NCBI GenBank assembly: GCA_903813345.2
Contig: CAIIXF020000001.1
Coordinates: 12,152,001-12,216,000 of the forward strand
DNA length: 64,000 nucleotides
From: Owenia fusiformis
Taxonomy: Eukaryota
Direction of reading: 5' to 3'
Shown: positions 1 to 14,300 of the stretch, one piece after another
Layout: each line of letters begins with the position of its first letter
Position numbering within the stretch: position 1 is the first letter of the stretch
Made by a program: the position numbers and the translations under genes
Notes under the pieces: generated by a model
Databases searched by the model: none
What the model was told of the DNA's origin: nothing
The model's input: only the letters and a program-made list of their open reading frames with translations

Positions 1-1264
1 CATTCATTTTTCTGTTTCCTAATTACACAAGTACCAGTGGTCTGATTTTGTTCAAATTCTTCCCTATTCTTGATGCTAAATAGTCGAAATCTTTTTTGCA
101 GGAATTGACTTTTTTGCTGTAGCTTTATCACTTGAACAAATTAATCAATCTTATCAATGGTGATGCTTTACAGATGTACAATCCTCATTGAAAATAATTT
201 TTCCAAAATTGTTTCCAAATCCAAAATTGGTATCATTTTTGGTCCAAATTTCGATGTTTTTCCTAAACATGAATATTGTCTTGAAAACCTTGTGTCAAGT
301 TCTTTACTTATTTTAAACGATTCCCTGTTTTGGATAAATCAGCTTTTTGTAATACTGTGTATAATCAAAGTATTATATTTTTGACAACAACAGGTAAGTG
401 TAGCCCATTTTTATTGATCATATACATATCTTGATTTTGTCTCTGATCTACTTTTGCAACTTAACTATTCTTTAAAATATTTTCGGTGACAATTGTTACA
501 TTTTTGTTATTTGCAAAATCTTCAGAAGGAATTTTCTAAATCACATGAAACTTTTACCAAAAACACATATATACAGTGTGTGCCAAAAATTTTGCAACTT
601 TTTTAAAAGGCTAGAAAAGTATCATAACATTAAGGTATTGGCATTAAAAATCATTTACAGAAATTTAAGGATAGGCGTATTTTACCATTTAAATACTAAA
701 GCTAAAACTGACTTCAAATTTTTTTTGTCAGATCTTTGAATATCAGTGGTCACTTGTTCATGTGTCCGAGATTTACCGTTTTTCCTATTTTTTATGTAAC
801 AAAATATGGTCATAATATTTCCTTTCTTTTTTTGACTGCTCCTGGTACCCTCGACATGGGTTGCTATGGTTACCATAGAACGCAGGATGTTAAATGTAAG
901 GTGTTGAATTTTACCTTGTGTTAATGTATAATTATTAGATCAACATTCTGTGAGCAATGAGCAAGATTCATTAATGTTTACAAAAATTAGAGCACTTTTG
1001 ATCTTACTTTATGATCACCCTGTATATATATGGTATAGATTTGAACGGATTGTTGGCAGTATCTATTACCATAGCAACGAAATATTGATAATTTGTATAG
1101 ATGGGTTATAAGAAGAAGATGCAGAAATAATGGTCAGGTTGACTTGAAACTCATTCATTAAGCACCTATAGGTATGTGATTGGAGTCTTCACATTTTAGG
1201 CAGTATCTGCTACCAGGCTTCACATTTTAAGCAATATATGTTTCTAATTTTAAGGAATATAATA

Positions 1265-1882
1265 TGTTGCCAGTCTTCATATTTTAAGCCTGATATGTTT
1301 ATGTTGCCAGTCTTCACGTTTTAAGCAAGATATGTTTATGTTGCCAGTCTTCACGTTTTAAGCAAGATATGTTTATGTTGCCAGTCTTCACATTTAAAGC
1401 AAGATATGTTTATGTTGCCAGTCTTCACGTTTTAAGCAAGATATGTTTATGTTGCCAGTCTTCACGTTTTAAGCAAGATATGTTTATTTTGCCAGTCTTC
1501 ACATTTTAAGCAAGATATGTTTATGTTGCCAATCTTCACGTTTTTAGCCAGATATGTTTATGTTGCCAGTCTTCACAATTTAAGCAAGATATGTTTATGT
1601 TGCCAGTCTTCACGTTTTAAGCAAGATATGTTCATGTTGCCATTCTTCACGTTTTAAGCCAGATATGTTTATGTTGCCAGTCTTCACGTTTTAAGCAAGA
1701 TATGTTCATGTTGCCAGTCTTCACGTTTTAAGCCAGATATGTTTATGTTGCCAGTCTTCACGTTTTAAGCAAGATATGTTTATGTTGCCAGTCTTCACAT
1801 TTTAAGCAAGATATGTTTATGTTGCCAGTCTTCACATTTTAAGCAAGATATGTTTATGTTGCCAGTCTTCACGTTTTAAGCC
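1265..1882. repeat. 37-bp minisatellite, about 16 copies (GCAAGATATGTTTATGTTGCCAGTCTTCACGTTTTAA), with degenerate flanks ~1185-1980
   Basis: Unit starts recur at 1325, 1362, 1399 and so on (period 37), with few substitutions. Confidence 0.95.
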
Positions 1883-3525
1883 ATATATATCATCAGTCTT
1901 CATATTTTTACCCATGTTCAAGTATGTTACCAATCTTCACATTTTAAGCTATATACTGTAAGTTACCAGTCTTCAGATTTATATACCGTAATAATGTGCA
2001 CAACAATTGGTCGACATTTTGTCTTGTTTTGCCTTGTTTGGGTTGAACTTGTTAGTTAAATAGAGTAGAACATGCAAAATAACAATTAAAATAATGGATT
2101 TATTTTGTCCATCGCATTTAGCCATTTCCCGTTTTTTACCAAATATCAAAGATGCATGTATCAGCTGAATGTCAATAGCTAGCCTATGAAGACTCAGTAT
2201 ATTAAACAGCTGTACGGATTGATAAATGACCTTTGGGCAATCGGTGATGCTTTAAATCAATCATCAAAAAGGTTCCACAATTTGTACAGTATTTCAGTTG
2301 GATGTAAAAATTACTTCCCTACATCAACTTTTGGGAGGATTATGTACATGTATCTCCTAATTGACTTCTAAACCATTACAAACAGTGTCATATCCGAAAG
2401 TTGACAATTTTTTTGTTATTTGACTCAAAAGAAGGTTAACACTAAGAATGATCAATCAGCCATTTGGAAAGTTTGGGTTGAATTATTTGAAGCACCATTT
2501 GGTTAACTATAGAACAAAAAGAACACTCACTCACGATATGATTTCCATCCACAAGTGAATAATGATATAGTACTTTTTTGACCAATGAGAAATTAGTATT
2601 TTAAATTTGGTATTGATATTGTATTTTAGCTTAAATAACAAAATGATTTGAAACTTTTATATGAATAGTCAAACTTCATCAGCTGCTTCAATTGATAATG
2701 AATAATCAAAGGATTCTCCAATGGTAAGGATATATCAGGGTAATCTTAGAATCAATATCATATAAAATGTAATATTTGTGTAGAAAATTAATGAATTTGG
2801 TATGTATTGATTTATTGAATATGTAAGAGATATTATGATGATTGATATAAAATGATATTTCAGACTTTCTTATATTGCTACTGTTGATGACATGGCTCCA
2901 AAGTCTCTGTCAATCTCACGATGCTATTATTTGATTTAGCGTGATTTTTATTTATTCGACATCTGCAGTCATATAACTGGTTTCAAACTTTATCCCATCT
3001 GCAGCCATAGGAAGAATGTTCACCTTCCTTTTATCATATATATGCTTTTTGGCAGTTTCTTTTATAAAATTGGCATTTCATAGCTCAAAATTGGCATAAT
3101 TGTGATCAAAATTAGCATTTAAAATTCCGAACAATTTGCAAGTTTTACTGAAAAATATGTGTTAGGTTTTCTATGTAATGTTAAGAAGTTTTAGATTGAC
3201 CCTCTGCATTTCAGAGTCTATTTGCATTTCAGACTGTAACATACTATCTTCCTTTGAATAGTTATAATTATACTATAGTTTGAATATTGAATATTTCTTT
3301 TGTTGCTTCTCAAAAAATATATTTAATTCATATTGATATGTAACTTATATAATTGATAGACTTTGACTTGATAATTGATATACTCCATTAGGTAGTGAAT
3401 TAATTAGCTTTTAGAATTGAAAAAGGAGCAAGTATTTTATATACCGTAGTCATGGGCGTAGCGCCTATTACGCAAAATACGCACGGGCGTACCAAATGAA
3501 TTTGAAAAAATTAAAAATGTGTTAA

Positions 3526-5058
3526 TAGTACAATAACGTCATTTCTAAGGGCAATATTAAACAAATACTGGATGATCAGGAGCTGGATATGGCAGAATAC
3601 CTATTCGAGAAAAAATATTGGGCGAGGCGGGAGCCGAGCCCAATATTTTTTCGAGGATAGGTATTCCGGCCAGTTTATTCGCTAAACTGGACGAAAATAT
3701 TTGCCCCGGGAATTTAATTTTTATTTATTCGAGACGTTCTTGCAGAATTGATGATTTGCGATCACCGAATGGATTCTATCTTGTAGTGACGTCACAATTA
3801 GGCCACCCAGCTCTAGATGTTTGATTTTGAGAGATTATCTTCTATATTTTGTGCTTTATTGATTTATTTTTCATGAAACCGTTCTATTTGACTAGATCAA
3901 CATCCATGCTAAGCACATACCAAGTCTAAGATCTTACTGACATGATTTAGATAGCGGTTAAGCGCCCCCTGATTTTGACAAATACGGGGGGCGCTTATAG
4001 GCATCGATGTTTAGTATGAATTTCACCAAAACTTCGCACATATATAGAAATAATCATGATCTAGTCAAATCGGCATATCTGGTAAATATCCGACCCATGG
4101 TTTTCATAAAAGAAACGACAATATTTTTTGCTCAAAACTGCCAAGTGTCCGCCATTTCGTGATTCCATCATGTCTAATATCATTTCTATATGACGTCACA
4201 CCAATAAGACGAAATACACGACAACAGTATCCATAAACAAAATTCCTGAATTCTGATCGCAAAAGGTCAATTATATGTAACTTTTGAATGATAAGGGTAA
4301 TTGTGATTAATTAAGTGCATTTTTTCTTCTATTTTCCGCCAGTTTCAGATGTAAGCTTTAAGTAGTACTCCAGTTATTAAGAAATAAAACTCTGAAGTGG
4401 GAATGTTGCAAAAACATTGAAAAAAATATCCGACCCTTTTCTCGAAAGGGTCAGATATTAAAAAAATATCCGGCAGTTTTCAGAAAAGAGCAGAGTATTG
4501 CCAAATTACAAGCAACTAAGAACCAATCAGATTTGAGTATTTTAATGAGGTGCATAATAAAGTGAAATATTGGACGGCCCTCGGTCCAATATTTCACTAT
4601 ATTGCCCTTAGAAATGACGTTATTAGTATTATTACCACCGTTAACGACCAGGACTGAAACAGCAAGAAAATCTTACGTATTGAACGATATCTAATTTCCC
4701 GGGGAAAATTGCCGGTCCAGAATAAATATTACCACCTTGCCGGGCCAGTTCTAGGGGTTTTAGTGCTAGTTTAGGAGGCGTTTATTTTACTATATCGACC
4801 TGAGAAATGTGTGACGTCATAGTGGTGGTCCATATGGACCGGTCTAGAATATATTCTGGACCGGCAATTTTCCCCGGGAAATTAGATATCGTTCAATGCG
4901 TAAGATTTTCTTGCTGTTTCAGTCCTGGTCGTTAACGGTGGTAATAATACTAATAACGTCATTTCTGCGAGCGATATAGTGAAATATTGGACCTTAGGCC
5001 TTCGGCCCTTGGTCCAATATTTCACTATATCGCCCTTAGAAATGACGTTATTGTACTA
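3526..5058. mobile_element. Foldback element with hairpin-forming ends and long internal inverted arms, flanked by TTAA
   Basis: TAGTACAATAACGTCATTTCTAAGGGC at the left and its reverse complement at the right. Arms 4632-4730 and 4848-4945 are inverted. TTAA at 3522-3525 and 5059-5062. A partial copy lies at ~54880-55113. Confidence 0.85.
3558..4560. mobile_element. Hairpin-ended non-autonomous element, possibly Crypton/tyrosine-recombinase type, inserted in the left hairpin of the foldback element
   Basis: Interrupts GCAATAT^AGTGAAATATTGG with no duplication. Subterminal hairpin AAAAAATATTGGGC..GCCCAATATTTTTT. An internally deleted reverse copy is at 21600-21816. The family assignment is inference. 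Confidence 0.7.
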
Positions 5059-7661
5059 TTAATTTATTTGGGAATTTATTGATGCTTCCTACTGTATTTG
5101 TATTTTTACCATTGTCAACATTTAAAGTTGATAAAAACGATTAGATTCCATCAAATAACGTCATTGAAAAAAGTTTCCCGGGGAAGCATACCCCCGGACC
5201 CCCCGCGTGTGCGTACCAACTCAAAATATAGCCCTACGCCCATGGTAGTATAATTTATTTTGTATAATGAACTTATACTGCTTATGAGGCAATAAAAAGG
5301 TTTGTTCCAAAGTCTGCAGGTTAACAGGTTATTATAAATCAAAATGGTCTTTTGGTTTTGTGGTCACTATCAGAATGACACTGTCCCTTTAACAGGGTAA
5401 ATAACAATACTGTACATGAACTTGTGGTACTTGTACTTTTATCTGAAATGATAATCTATCTACCTTAGTTATAACAAATATCGTGATTATATTTTTTTGT
5501 TAGTGCTAATTGCCTTTAAGCTGATAATGTCAGCTTAAATAACAGATTGAACCAAATGTAAATGAAGCAAGAAAATGATACAAATGCATGTAATGACGAT
5601 CCTTAATTAATAATCATGTAACTATTGTACCTACCAAGTTCTTCATAATATGCAGGAAATAGGTGTCTACAAATGTCAATCATATTCTTCCTTAGACTGT
5701 CCTGGAATCATTCTGCATTCTTCCAGCATTGAGTTCTCTCTTCAGTTATATCCTATTTAGTCTGTATTCCTATGTACTCTGTATTCTGTATTGAATCCAT
5801 TTATTTGATCAAATCATAATCTATGGTCAGCATATACCTTTTACGAAACACATGTGGTAAGATATTTTGGAATTTCTGTAGATCGATTTTCATTGGTATT
5901 TTTACTGAAGTCTATGCATGGTGTTTCCACTTATACCATATAATTTACAATATAAGATCACTCGAAATCATTGCTATGATATCTCATCATGTTTTTGCCA
6001 TTGATATTTGCCTGCGAGTCAAGTTGTATCTAGTTCAAGATTATGACGTTACCTGTGCTCCACTTGTAAAGTATTTAACACATCCAATCTTGGAAAATAT
6101 CTTTGAACGTTTGATAAATGATATCCTCACCGGTTTCATTTTTCCCAGTCAGCTCAATGACGATAATTGATATATCTCTCGAATGATTTTATACTCAGAT
6201 TCTACCTTTTAGATTTTACCATTTTGTTTTTGTTTGTTTTTTTTAAAATAAGGTAATCCAGGTTCATCTAGTTAACACCACTTCTATACATACAGATTTT
6301 AAATCTCTAAATTGTCAAAGCTCCTCCTCCTGTTGAATATTTTACTTTTCAGTCATTCACTGTTAATAAAACCACCAGCATTCGGTTCAGTCATGTTTCT
6401 CTAATTCCACTGCAATAGATGATATGGACTCGGAATCTAATTCATATCTGTAACAATTAACACGTGGACATTGTTAAGACAAATTACAAATTGTGCTCTA
6501 TACGCAGTGGCTCTGAGTTCATCTGAGTCCATTGATGTACCATCATGAATGATTTTATTAATATCAAACAAATCGTGAATGTTCAATTTTAGGAAATATT
6601 GCAGATAAATTGATCCTAGGAATATTCTCAATATCTTTAGTCTACTATTTCAGGAATATTAGTTGAAGATATTCCCTTTGGATAAAAATCTGTAACATAT
6701 CTGCATTATGTTCTTCTGCAACAGCCACTTTTGTATAATATCACACTTTAAGAATTCTTGTTCGTGACTGCATTAATCTCAATGAATGTATTTGATAGAA
6801 TTTTGTTGCAACTTTAAATGCAAATTTGGGTAAATGTTAGCATTGCCATTTGTACTGCTTATTTGGTATAGTCCCTATTTATGTTTTCCTCAGCACTGGC
6901 AGTATACTTTGATTTACAGTAGCTTTATCATTTTTTATTGTTTTATTGTCGACTTCTTGATCTGGTATGAAAGGTTAATAGAACCCAATATTGCGCTGAC
7001 TGAATACAGTTGAACCTGTCCTATGCAAATGGTCGTGGTCATTTTAATATAAAAATGTTGCACTTAATCGTAAAATAATTTTTAGGCCTCCGATAAACAA
7101 CAACCTCAAGGTTGAACTGTCAGTTTTTTACTGTTCCTTTAATCAAGAACCTTAAGATCATTGGTTCCAAGGATGTGGCTACATTAATAATTCAGGTAGA
7201 TGTGCGTGCTGGAGACTATAAGACTATCAATGTCATTGTGTTGTAGGAATTCTTTTGGTTGAAATGGTTGTAGGGTCATCAACTCTTTCATATGAATACG
7301 AAATTATATACATGTATAGTAATAAAATGTAGTAATCGTGAGGTTTTTAAGTTTATATTTGGCTTATACAAATTCATGAGTTTATTAAAGGTGGGGGATA
7401 AAATTGACCAACCTGACCAAGTTAAAAGTCAGTGAAATTTACATTTTGTCATATCTTTTATAAAACACATGTATACATAAAAGATTGAAATGAAATGCAC
7501 ACTTCCTCTTATGATGGCACTGATAGAGCTTGATTTCAATCAACTATCACCCCAAGTTTAAGTTGAGATTGTTTTTATATACCTTTTCATCAGATTGCTC
7601 TGTAGAGTAAACCCGTACTTGGGTTCTAATCATATCAAAACATCCCATATTCTACATAGCT

Positions 7662-8785
7662 GGGGGAGGGAAGAATATAGAGACTGAACGAAAACAGCTA
7701 TTTACTGAAGTGAATTAACTGGTTCATTTTTATTAAAAAATGAGACAATTAAGTAATGATCTTAGTGGTTGGTTCAATACTTAGCCTTGCCCAAGTCGGT
7801 CTCTTTTACTATCTTGATTTCTATTATGACCGCCTTGTACCAAAGAGAAAGCCACGTGCTTTACCGACTCAATGTTTATGTCGGTAAAACTTGACCAATC
7901 AGCGACGGCCCTACAGCGTTAGCTCATTATTATGCACGGTCAAAAACAAGTACACTTTTTACTTTTCGCCGGGACTTTTCACGAACAAACTTGCATGAAT
8001 TCATCATGAAAATACAAATATTTTATCAGATAAATATCAATCAGAGTTTAGTGGATGCCGGAGCATCGATCGGTAACCGGAGGTGAGAAGATTTCAACAA
8101 TAAACGTTGAAACGATCGCTGAATTCAAATGAACATGTAGGCTGAGATTCAATCACTGATCGACTACATGACCCGCTACATTGGACTCGGTCATGCATTT
8201 TCATCGCGAAATCAGTTTTAAATCTATTGCATGATTTAATTTATATATCTAATTTATATTAATGACTCTTACATTCCCTATGTACATTTAATTACATAAT
8301 ATATTGTAACTCTAAAGAAACGATCGATCAGATCATCGGCATTGAATTTCAAATCGGGAAGATTGCTTTGCTTATGCAGGTCAACCTGATAACTTTTTTG
8401 ATTGGTCAATCAGCCTGAAGTCACACGTCGTGTCCAGACTGTCCACGCATATATCTGTTAATCCATAAGGTTTCGCGGTACCCCTGATAGCGTAGGTATT
8501 ATGGAAATCTCGAAACCGTTGAATAACTCTGCATAATATCAGCGCAGGTGTATTGGATTGTACAAGGCGGTAATAATTCAAGATCAGATAAGTAAAAAAT
8601 ACCGACTTGGGCAAGGCTATTCAATACTCTGCTCTATCATTAGACAGGGGGAGGGAAGAATATAGAGACTGAACAAAAACAGCTATTTACTGAAGTGAAT
8701 TAACTGGTTCATTTTTATTAAAAATGAGACAATTAAGTAATGAGCTTGGTTGAGTGGTTGGTTCAATACTCTGCTCTATCATTAG
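7662..8785. repeat. Tandem duplication of a ~140-bp segment; copy 1 (7662-8643) is split by the transposon, copy 2 (8647-8785) is uninterrupted
   Basis: GGGGGAGGGAAGAATATAGAGACTGAAC...GGTTCAATACTCTGCTCTATCATTAG is present twice. Confidence 0.9.
7782..8619. mobile_element. Non-autonomous DNA transposon with TAG..CTA termini and a 9-bp TSD (AcademH-like)
   Basis: TIR TAGCCTTGCCCAAGTCGGT / ACCGACTTGGGCAAGGCTA, extending imperfectly to ~58 bp. TTCAATACT at 7773-7781 and 8620-8628. Empty site at 8762-8770 in the adjacent duplicate. Confidence 0.9.
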
Positions 8786-9308
8786 GCTCAGGCATTTCTA
8801 TCTTCCCGTAGATCAAGACTTAATTGCTACTATTGTTTCTTTTCCTGTGTGGTGTGAATTCCAATTAAGAAACAAGTTAGGGTAAGAAATATATTTGATG
8901 CGGGCAAAAAGATTATCCATTATTGAAGATGAGGCACAAAGTGATCTGACTTTATCTTTTTAATTACAAGATATTCAATATTTGAGGAAATCCTCTACTT
9001 TATTTTAGGGTAAATATAAAAAATATTTTATTTTCAATTTCATGTTTAACCTCAGGCAATTTGTTATTTCTTTTGGTGATTGGTTAAAATTTCTTTCCAG
9101 TTATTTCAATGCATGGAATTTATTTCTCCAGCACTGAAGCTAATGCGGAATGCATTTCCATTTTAACAAGTTCAATTAGTTCATTAACTTTGCCCCAAGT
9201 CGAAAAACATATTTTGACACATTTGAAAATGTACAAGATCTTTTGAAAATTGGAATTATAAGTACCAAAATAAAAGTACAACTTTTGGACTGTTTCAATC
9301 CAAATCAG

Positions 9309-9869
9309 TTTTTTAAGTCACCACCAAAAGTGGTGACATATACAGTCCAAAAATTATACCAGCGATTACTAGAGTGCTGCTAACTCGATAAAAGGCTGGC
9401 ACTGGCTAGAATTGTCTATGGTTCTAGCCAGGATAAAAATACCAGTTCTTCCATCAACTCGACAATGGGAACTGCTCTACCTTAGTGACTAATATGTCAT
9501 GATATGACATCTAAAGAGTAAATAAAAGATATATATATATATATATGGTTTCTGTTTTTTGTAGCAGTAGGCGGGGGTTGGTATCTGTAACAAATTCTTA
9601 CAACATCCAATAACTGTTCTAAATACTGGTCAGAATGACTTCAATTTTTCAAAATCATCTACAAGTTCTCAGAAGTTCAAAGACTTTACTTTTGAGATTT
9701 GACCTTCAATGACCTTCTCAAGGTCAAAAAAGGTCAAAAAGGTATTTTTCAACTTGAGGCAAATTGACCAATTTTCAAAATCACCTACAAGTTCTCAAAA
9801 GTTGAAATCTGACTAAAGATTGAACTCCTAATATTGTGAGCAACTAGGTGGTGACATTTTGCCTTGTTT
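9309..9869 (+). mobile_element. Helentron-type non-autonomous element (HINE-like), family A
   Basis: T-run, subTIR GTCACCACC with nearby inverted GTGGTGAC, microsatellite, 3' GGTGGTGAC and CTTGTT end. A shorter relative is at 23512-23680. Confidence 0.65.
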
Positions 9870-11358
9870 CAAAATTGTTGGATTTTGCAACCACTGTATA
9901 AAAAATCATTCGATTAATTTAGGTTAGTTGGTTTCACACAGTCATCATTTGATTTGAAATGAGAAAAATAATCAACACAGCAAAATCATGATCAAAGAAT
10001 AGAACTGAAATTGATATAGCATTTGCAAAATATTTCATTAATATTCATTTATTGTATTTATTTATTGCAGTTTTGAGATATCCCCTATTTTACATTTCAC
10101 CATTATATTTTATATATACATTTCTATTATGTACAGACAACCCTGCTTACATAATATATATATACAAAAATAAGCAGTTCTAAACCATATATCTTATCAC
10201 ATTTGAGCATTTTGTTGTACAAGTATATAATATGTACAATGTCTATATACAGTTAATATCAGATCTTTTGAGATTTAAATACAGTTTTTATCCAAATTAT
10301 GCACCATTTGCTACAACATTTCAGTTTAACTGTAATAATCAATTTATAGTTACCTGATTCTAAACTTCTTAATTGATCAAGTGTTATCAATATGACGTTT
10401 CTTCATCCAATAATTTGATGATAGTAAAACCAAACACATCTAGGACCGGCCAAAAGTGTTCAGATTAGCAGGTGTTCACATTTCAAGGTTTTATAAATAT
10501 GTAAGTCATTAGGAGAAAACTTTGGAACTGAGAAAACGTTTTCACATTTAGAGGTATTCGGAATAAAGAGGTATTCAGATATACAGGTTTCACTGTAGTT
10601 TATGTGTATCATTTGATTATGTGAGATCTATGTGACACTCCAACTGAGAGATTCTCAACTCCTTGAAAATGCTACTACTCCAACCAACTTCAAAAATATA
10701 CATATAATTGAGGATTGTAGAGTTTGTTCAATATTGGTAATATCAAATTTCCCCTTTAATCATTCATGATTCTTGATGTACATTTCACCCTCAAGTTATA
10801 GGTACTTGTACCTTGTTATCAATATCACCAGTGACTGTTTTAATAAAATAAAAAACATTGATATGCCAGGTTAGACCTCCAGGAAGATGTATCTGCATAA
10901 GAGATTAAATAATGCACTTGACTTTTGTTCATGAACCAGTTGAAATGCCATTTCATGCATATCAATCACCATATATCAGGAATTGTCAGTTCAGCCATTT
11001 TTCAATGTCATTTTGAAATGGGAGCATTTCTTGTAGTAATGGCCTAAGTAATTGTGACTAAAGTCAATCAACTGTCTTTTCGTTTACATGGAATAATTAC
11101 CTAATTGACCACATTTTTGCAAAAGCAATTCAAGAAAGTGCCAAGACATAAAATATCACATCATGTATGTATACATGAACCAGTATATAGACTATATCGA
11201 TATGGTACAAATATTGCACTTGGTCTTGTTATTATATATTAAGGCACAATAGAATGAGTAATCTGACTAGTTAACTATGACCTTTCACATTACATGTTTG
11301 AAATTCATCTTACGAAGCCTGCCTTAAGTAATATATTCTATGGCACCATGGTGTAAAA

Positions 11359-14300
11359 CTATGTGGCAAATACACCATTATTTTTCACATTACTGTTTGG
11401 CGTAGAAGCATCATCAATCTGTATCCTATGTGATTTTTCTGTGTCGGAACTTGAACATTCAGTTACGAAACACACTTTTTCCATGTGTCGCCTCGTCTGT
11501 TCTTTTTTCTCCAATCTATACAGGGCATATATTACGCCAGTTAGGAGCATGAACAGCACAGTTACAATATATCCAACAGCAAGTCCGAGATGTGCATCTG
11601 ATTCCACTAAATAGATGGAACTACCTGACACTCCTAGATGGAAGTATCCTGCAATATAAATGTAAATTAAACATTTTGTGGATAAATAGATGGTGCTAGT
11701 AGTAAAGGTACAATTTTAGTAATGAAATAAATGAACTGGTAATGAGTTAAAATCCCAGTTATCATCAAAAATGCAAATATTATTTGTTTGCCTTTATTTT
11801 AATATTTCTTGTACCATTTTTCAAATGACACAATTTATCAACAAATGATTTATGCAACAACTAGAAACTTGATTTTGTAAAAATGTTTATCCCATATACT
11901 TGAACATGTTTGAAGAATATAAGGTAAGATTGTAAAAGGTGTCATTTTCAACAGTGAGCACTTGTCCAGTACAACACATCTCCAGCCCTCCCCTAGGGAT
12001 TCCAATATCTTGGTCCTCTCATATAGTTTCACTTGGGTAATCTCTATATACCACTATATACATGTACTTTCAGATTCTAATTAAGATACATTCTACTTAC
12101 TTCGGTCCAAAGCCTTCTCTATATTCCGGCTTTGAGGAGGAAGATTGAGCTGCCCTAGTATTAAAATATTGTAAATCATTGTGTCACACGCACAGTAAAT
12201 ATGGCATAATAATATGAAATATACCTTTATGTATAGATTTGAAGAACATCAGCTCACATCCCCGTCTGAATCTATTGTTATATTTGATTTCTTTAAGCGA
12301 GAATAATTTCAAATGTTATTCACGTCCAGAACCGGAAGCCATTTTTGGCTACAGCGAGAAAATTTCAAACTCCGAAATGAAATTTTGAAATATCTAAATC
12401 CAGACAAGCAACGCTTCATCCTAAATATGATTAATATTCTTAAAAATATTTATAAAATTTATTAAAAATGAGTTCTAGGTGCGTGTAGGTGCGTGTAGCA
12501 CAGTACATACGAAATCAATGAAGTTTCGTCTAGCTGTAAGCTAGAGACTCGAGTAACATTCTACAAGTATTAAAGGTAAATTGTTTGATGAGGCATAAGT
12601 TAAATGAAATAAAATATGATCAATGAATCGTGCAGATGTTCCTTGACTTATAAATTAAAATGTAGTATTATTGTGTGCATATGTGAAGTGTAACATATGA
12701 TCTATAACATGCATGACCTACAATGGTACTTTATTAATAATACAGATCAGAGTACAGACCCATAGCCAGCTTTTGCAAAGGTGGGGTTCACTTTTCAGAA
12801 AAATTCCAGGGGGGGTTTACTTTGACAGGTTTGGCCCAAAACCACATGAAAAATGCTCAGAATCATGAAAAGCTGCATGGTTTTGAAGGAGTTTTTTGCC
12901 AAGGGGGAGGGATTCACCCTCAAACCATTCTGGCTACAGACCTGTAATAATATAAAAAGTGTAGATTGACTTTCCATATATACTGTAGTATCATTAATTA
13001 CCTGATCATGCAACTATCATACATATGATACACACATATACAACAAATAGACATATTTTTTAAATATTCAAATTTTAGTCTTACAAAAGACGTTATATTG
13101 CCCCTAGTACTCCCCTCATTCTCCACTTAACTGCATAACAGTCTATTGCACAACCACTCGAAATGCCTCTAATTATGTTGATCCTCATTAGACTGAGAAA
13201 AAAGGCCATATCTCATTTCAACCTTTGAACAGAGGATGAAATATCACATGTTATGATGTTAAGTAACATTACTAATGAATCATTTGAGTAATAAAAAAAC
13301 TTGATATTGCACTTAATATTGCGTGTGGTTTTGCATATAAAATTGAAAGATAATTATTTAGCTCATTAAATGTTATTTAATTCATTATATAGATAGTTAT
13401 CATATCACATCAATATTTCTCATTGACTGATTTGTTAATTCAATGGCATATAACAAAAATTGATTCATTGTGCGGGATACAGGGCGATCCAGGAGTAACA
13501 TCAAAGTTTTTGCCATTTCAATACTATTTTGGTGATCATCTTGGAACTTGGTACAGGTGTTCTCCAAACATTACTGAGTTGATATCTCAAAGATAAAGCT
13601 TCTACTTTTTGATTGGTTCATTTCATTGTTATTATGGTAACCGATGTGACGTCACCTGGGGCAAATTCAATTATGCGAAAGAAATAACTCTTAGAACTTG
13701 ATAACTTAAATGAATATCAATGATTTTTCAAAATATTTCTAATTTGTTTCATGTTGCCATTCGAATCTCAATATAGTCAATGATGTCAAACACATTATTT
13801 TATTTTCTGAGGAAGTGGTTAACCAAGCATCATAATAGCAAATATACGACTGGAACGGATGAATAGTCTTTACTGGGATAACGCCCAAGCTCACAAGGCC
13901 ATGACCTGACAACCAGTATAGTGGATGAGTTAGAACTGTCACAACTTGAGCATGCGCTATATTTCCCCGATCTTGCCCCAAGTGACATTTACTTACACAG
14001 TAAACTTAAATGGTAGCTAAGTTGAATCAATTTTCCAACTTCAGATGATTTAAGAAAAGATGGATGTCGTGGGAATATTCAAAAAATGAGTTATTATGGA
14101 TTTGAGATCACTTTGCAGAGTGGATACTATCACAGACTTAAATTTTTCAGGTCTGTAGTACTACAATGAAAAATATATTGCTAATTGTGGCAATTATGCA
14201 GAGTAACATGTATGAAATGATTGAGCGATTAAATGTTCATGATTCTAATAAAATAAAGGGTTTAAAACTAACATTAATATTTAAATTTTTCATTCTATTT

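Larger units (their letters stand above)
3451..5244. mobile_element. Outer MITE with 11-bp TIR CATGGGCGTAG, containing two nested elements
   Basis: CATGGGCGTAG at 3451 and its reverse complement CTACGCCCATG ending at 5244. GTAGT lies immediately outside both ends (3446-3450, 5245-5249). Confidence 0.75.

Noticed and set aside
574-1022. Tc1/mariner-type MITE (TA-CAGTGTG...CACCCTG-TA)
   Set aside because: The terminal match is too weak to support the boundaries.
1101-1171. Exon-like segment with AG and GTATGT boundaries
   Set aside because: Stop codons in the frames examined and no linked exons; at most non-coding.
1265-1882. 37-bp repeat array as a CRISPR array
   Set aside because: The units are contiguous with no unique spacers, there are no cas genes, and the context is eukaryotic.
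5700-6800. Possible decayed retroelement and the 115-aa ORF at 5823-6170
   Set aside because: No recognisable domain motifs; a translated database search would be needed.
13085-13190. Extra exon of the orphan membrane gene
   Set aside because: A donor-like site is present, but the required frame contains TAG.
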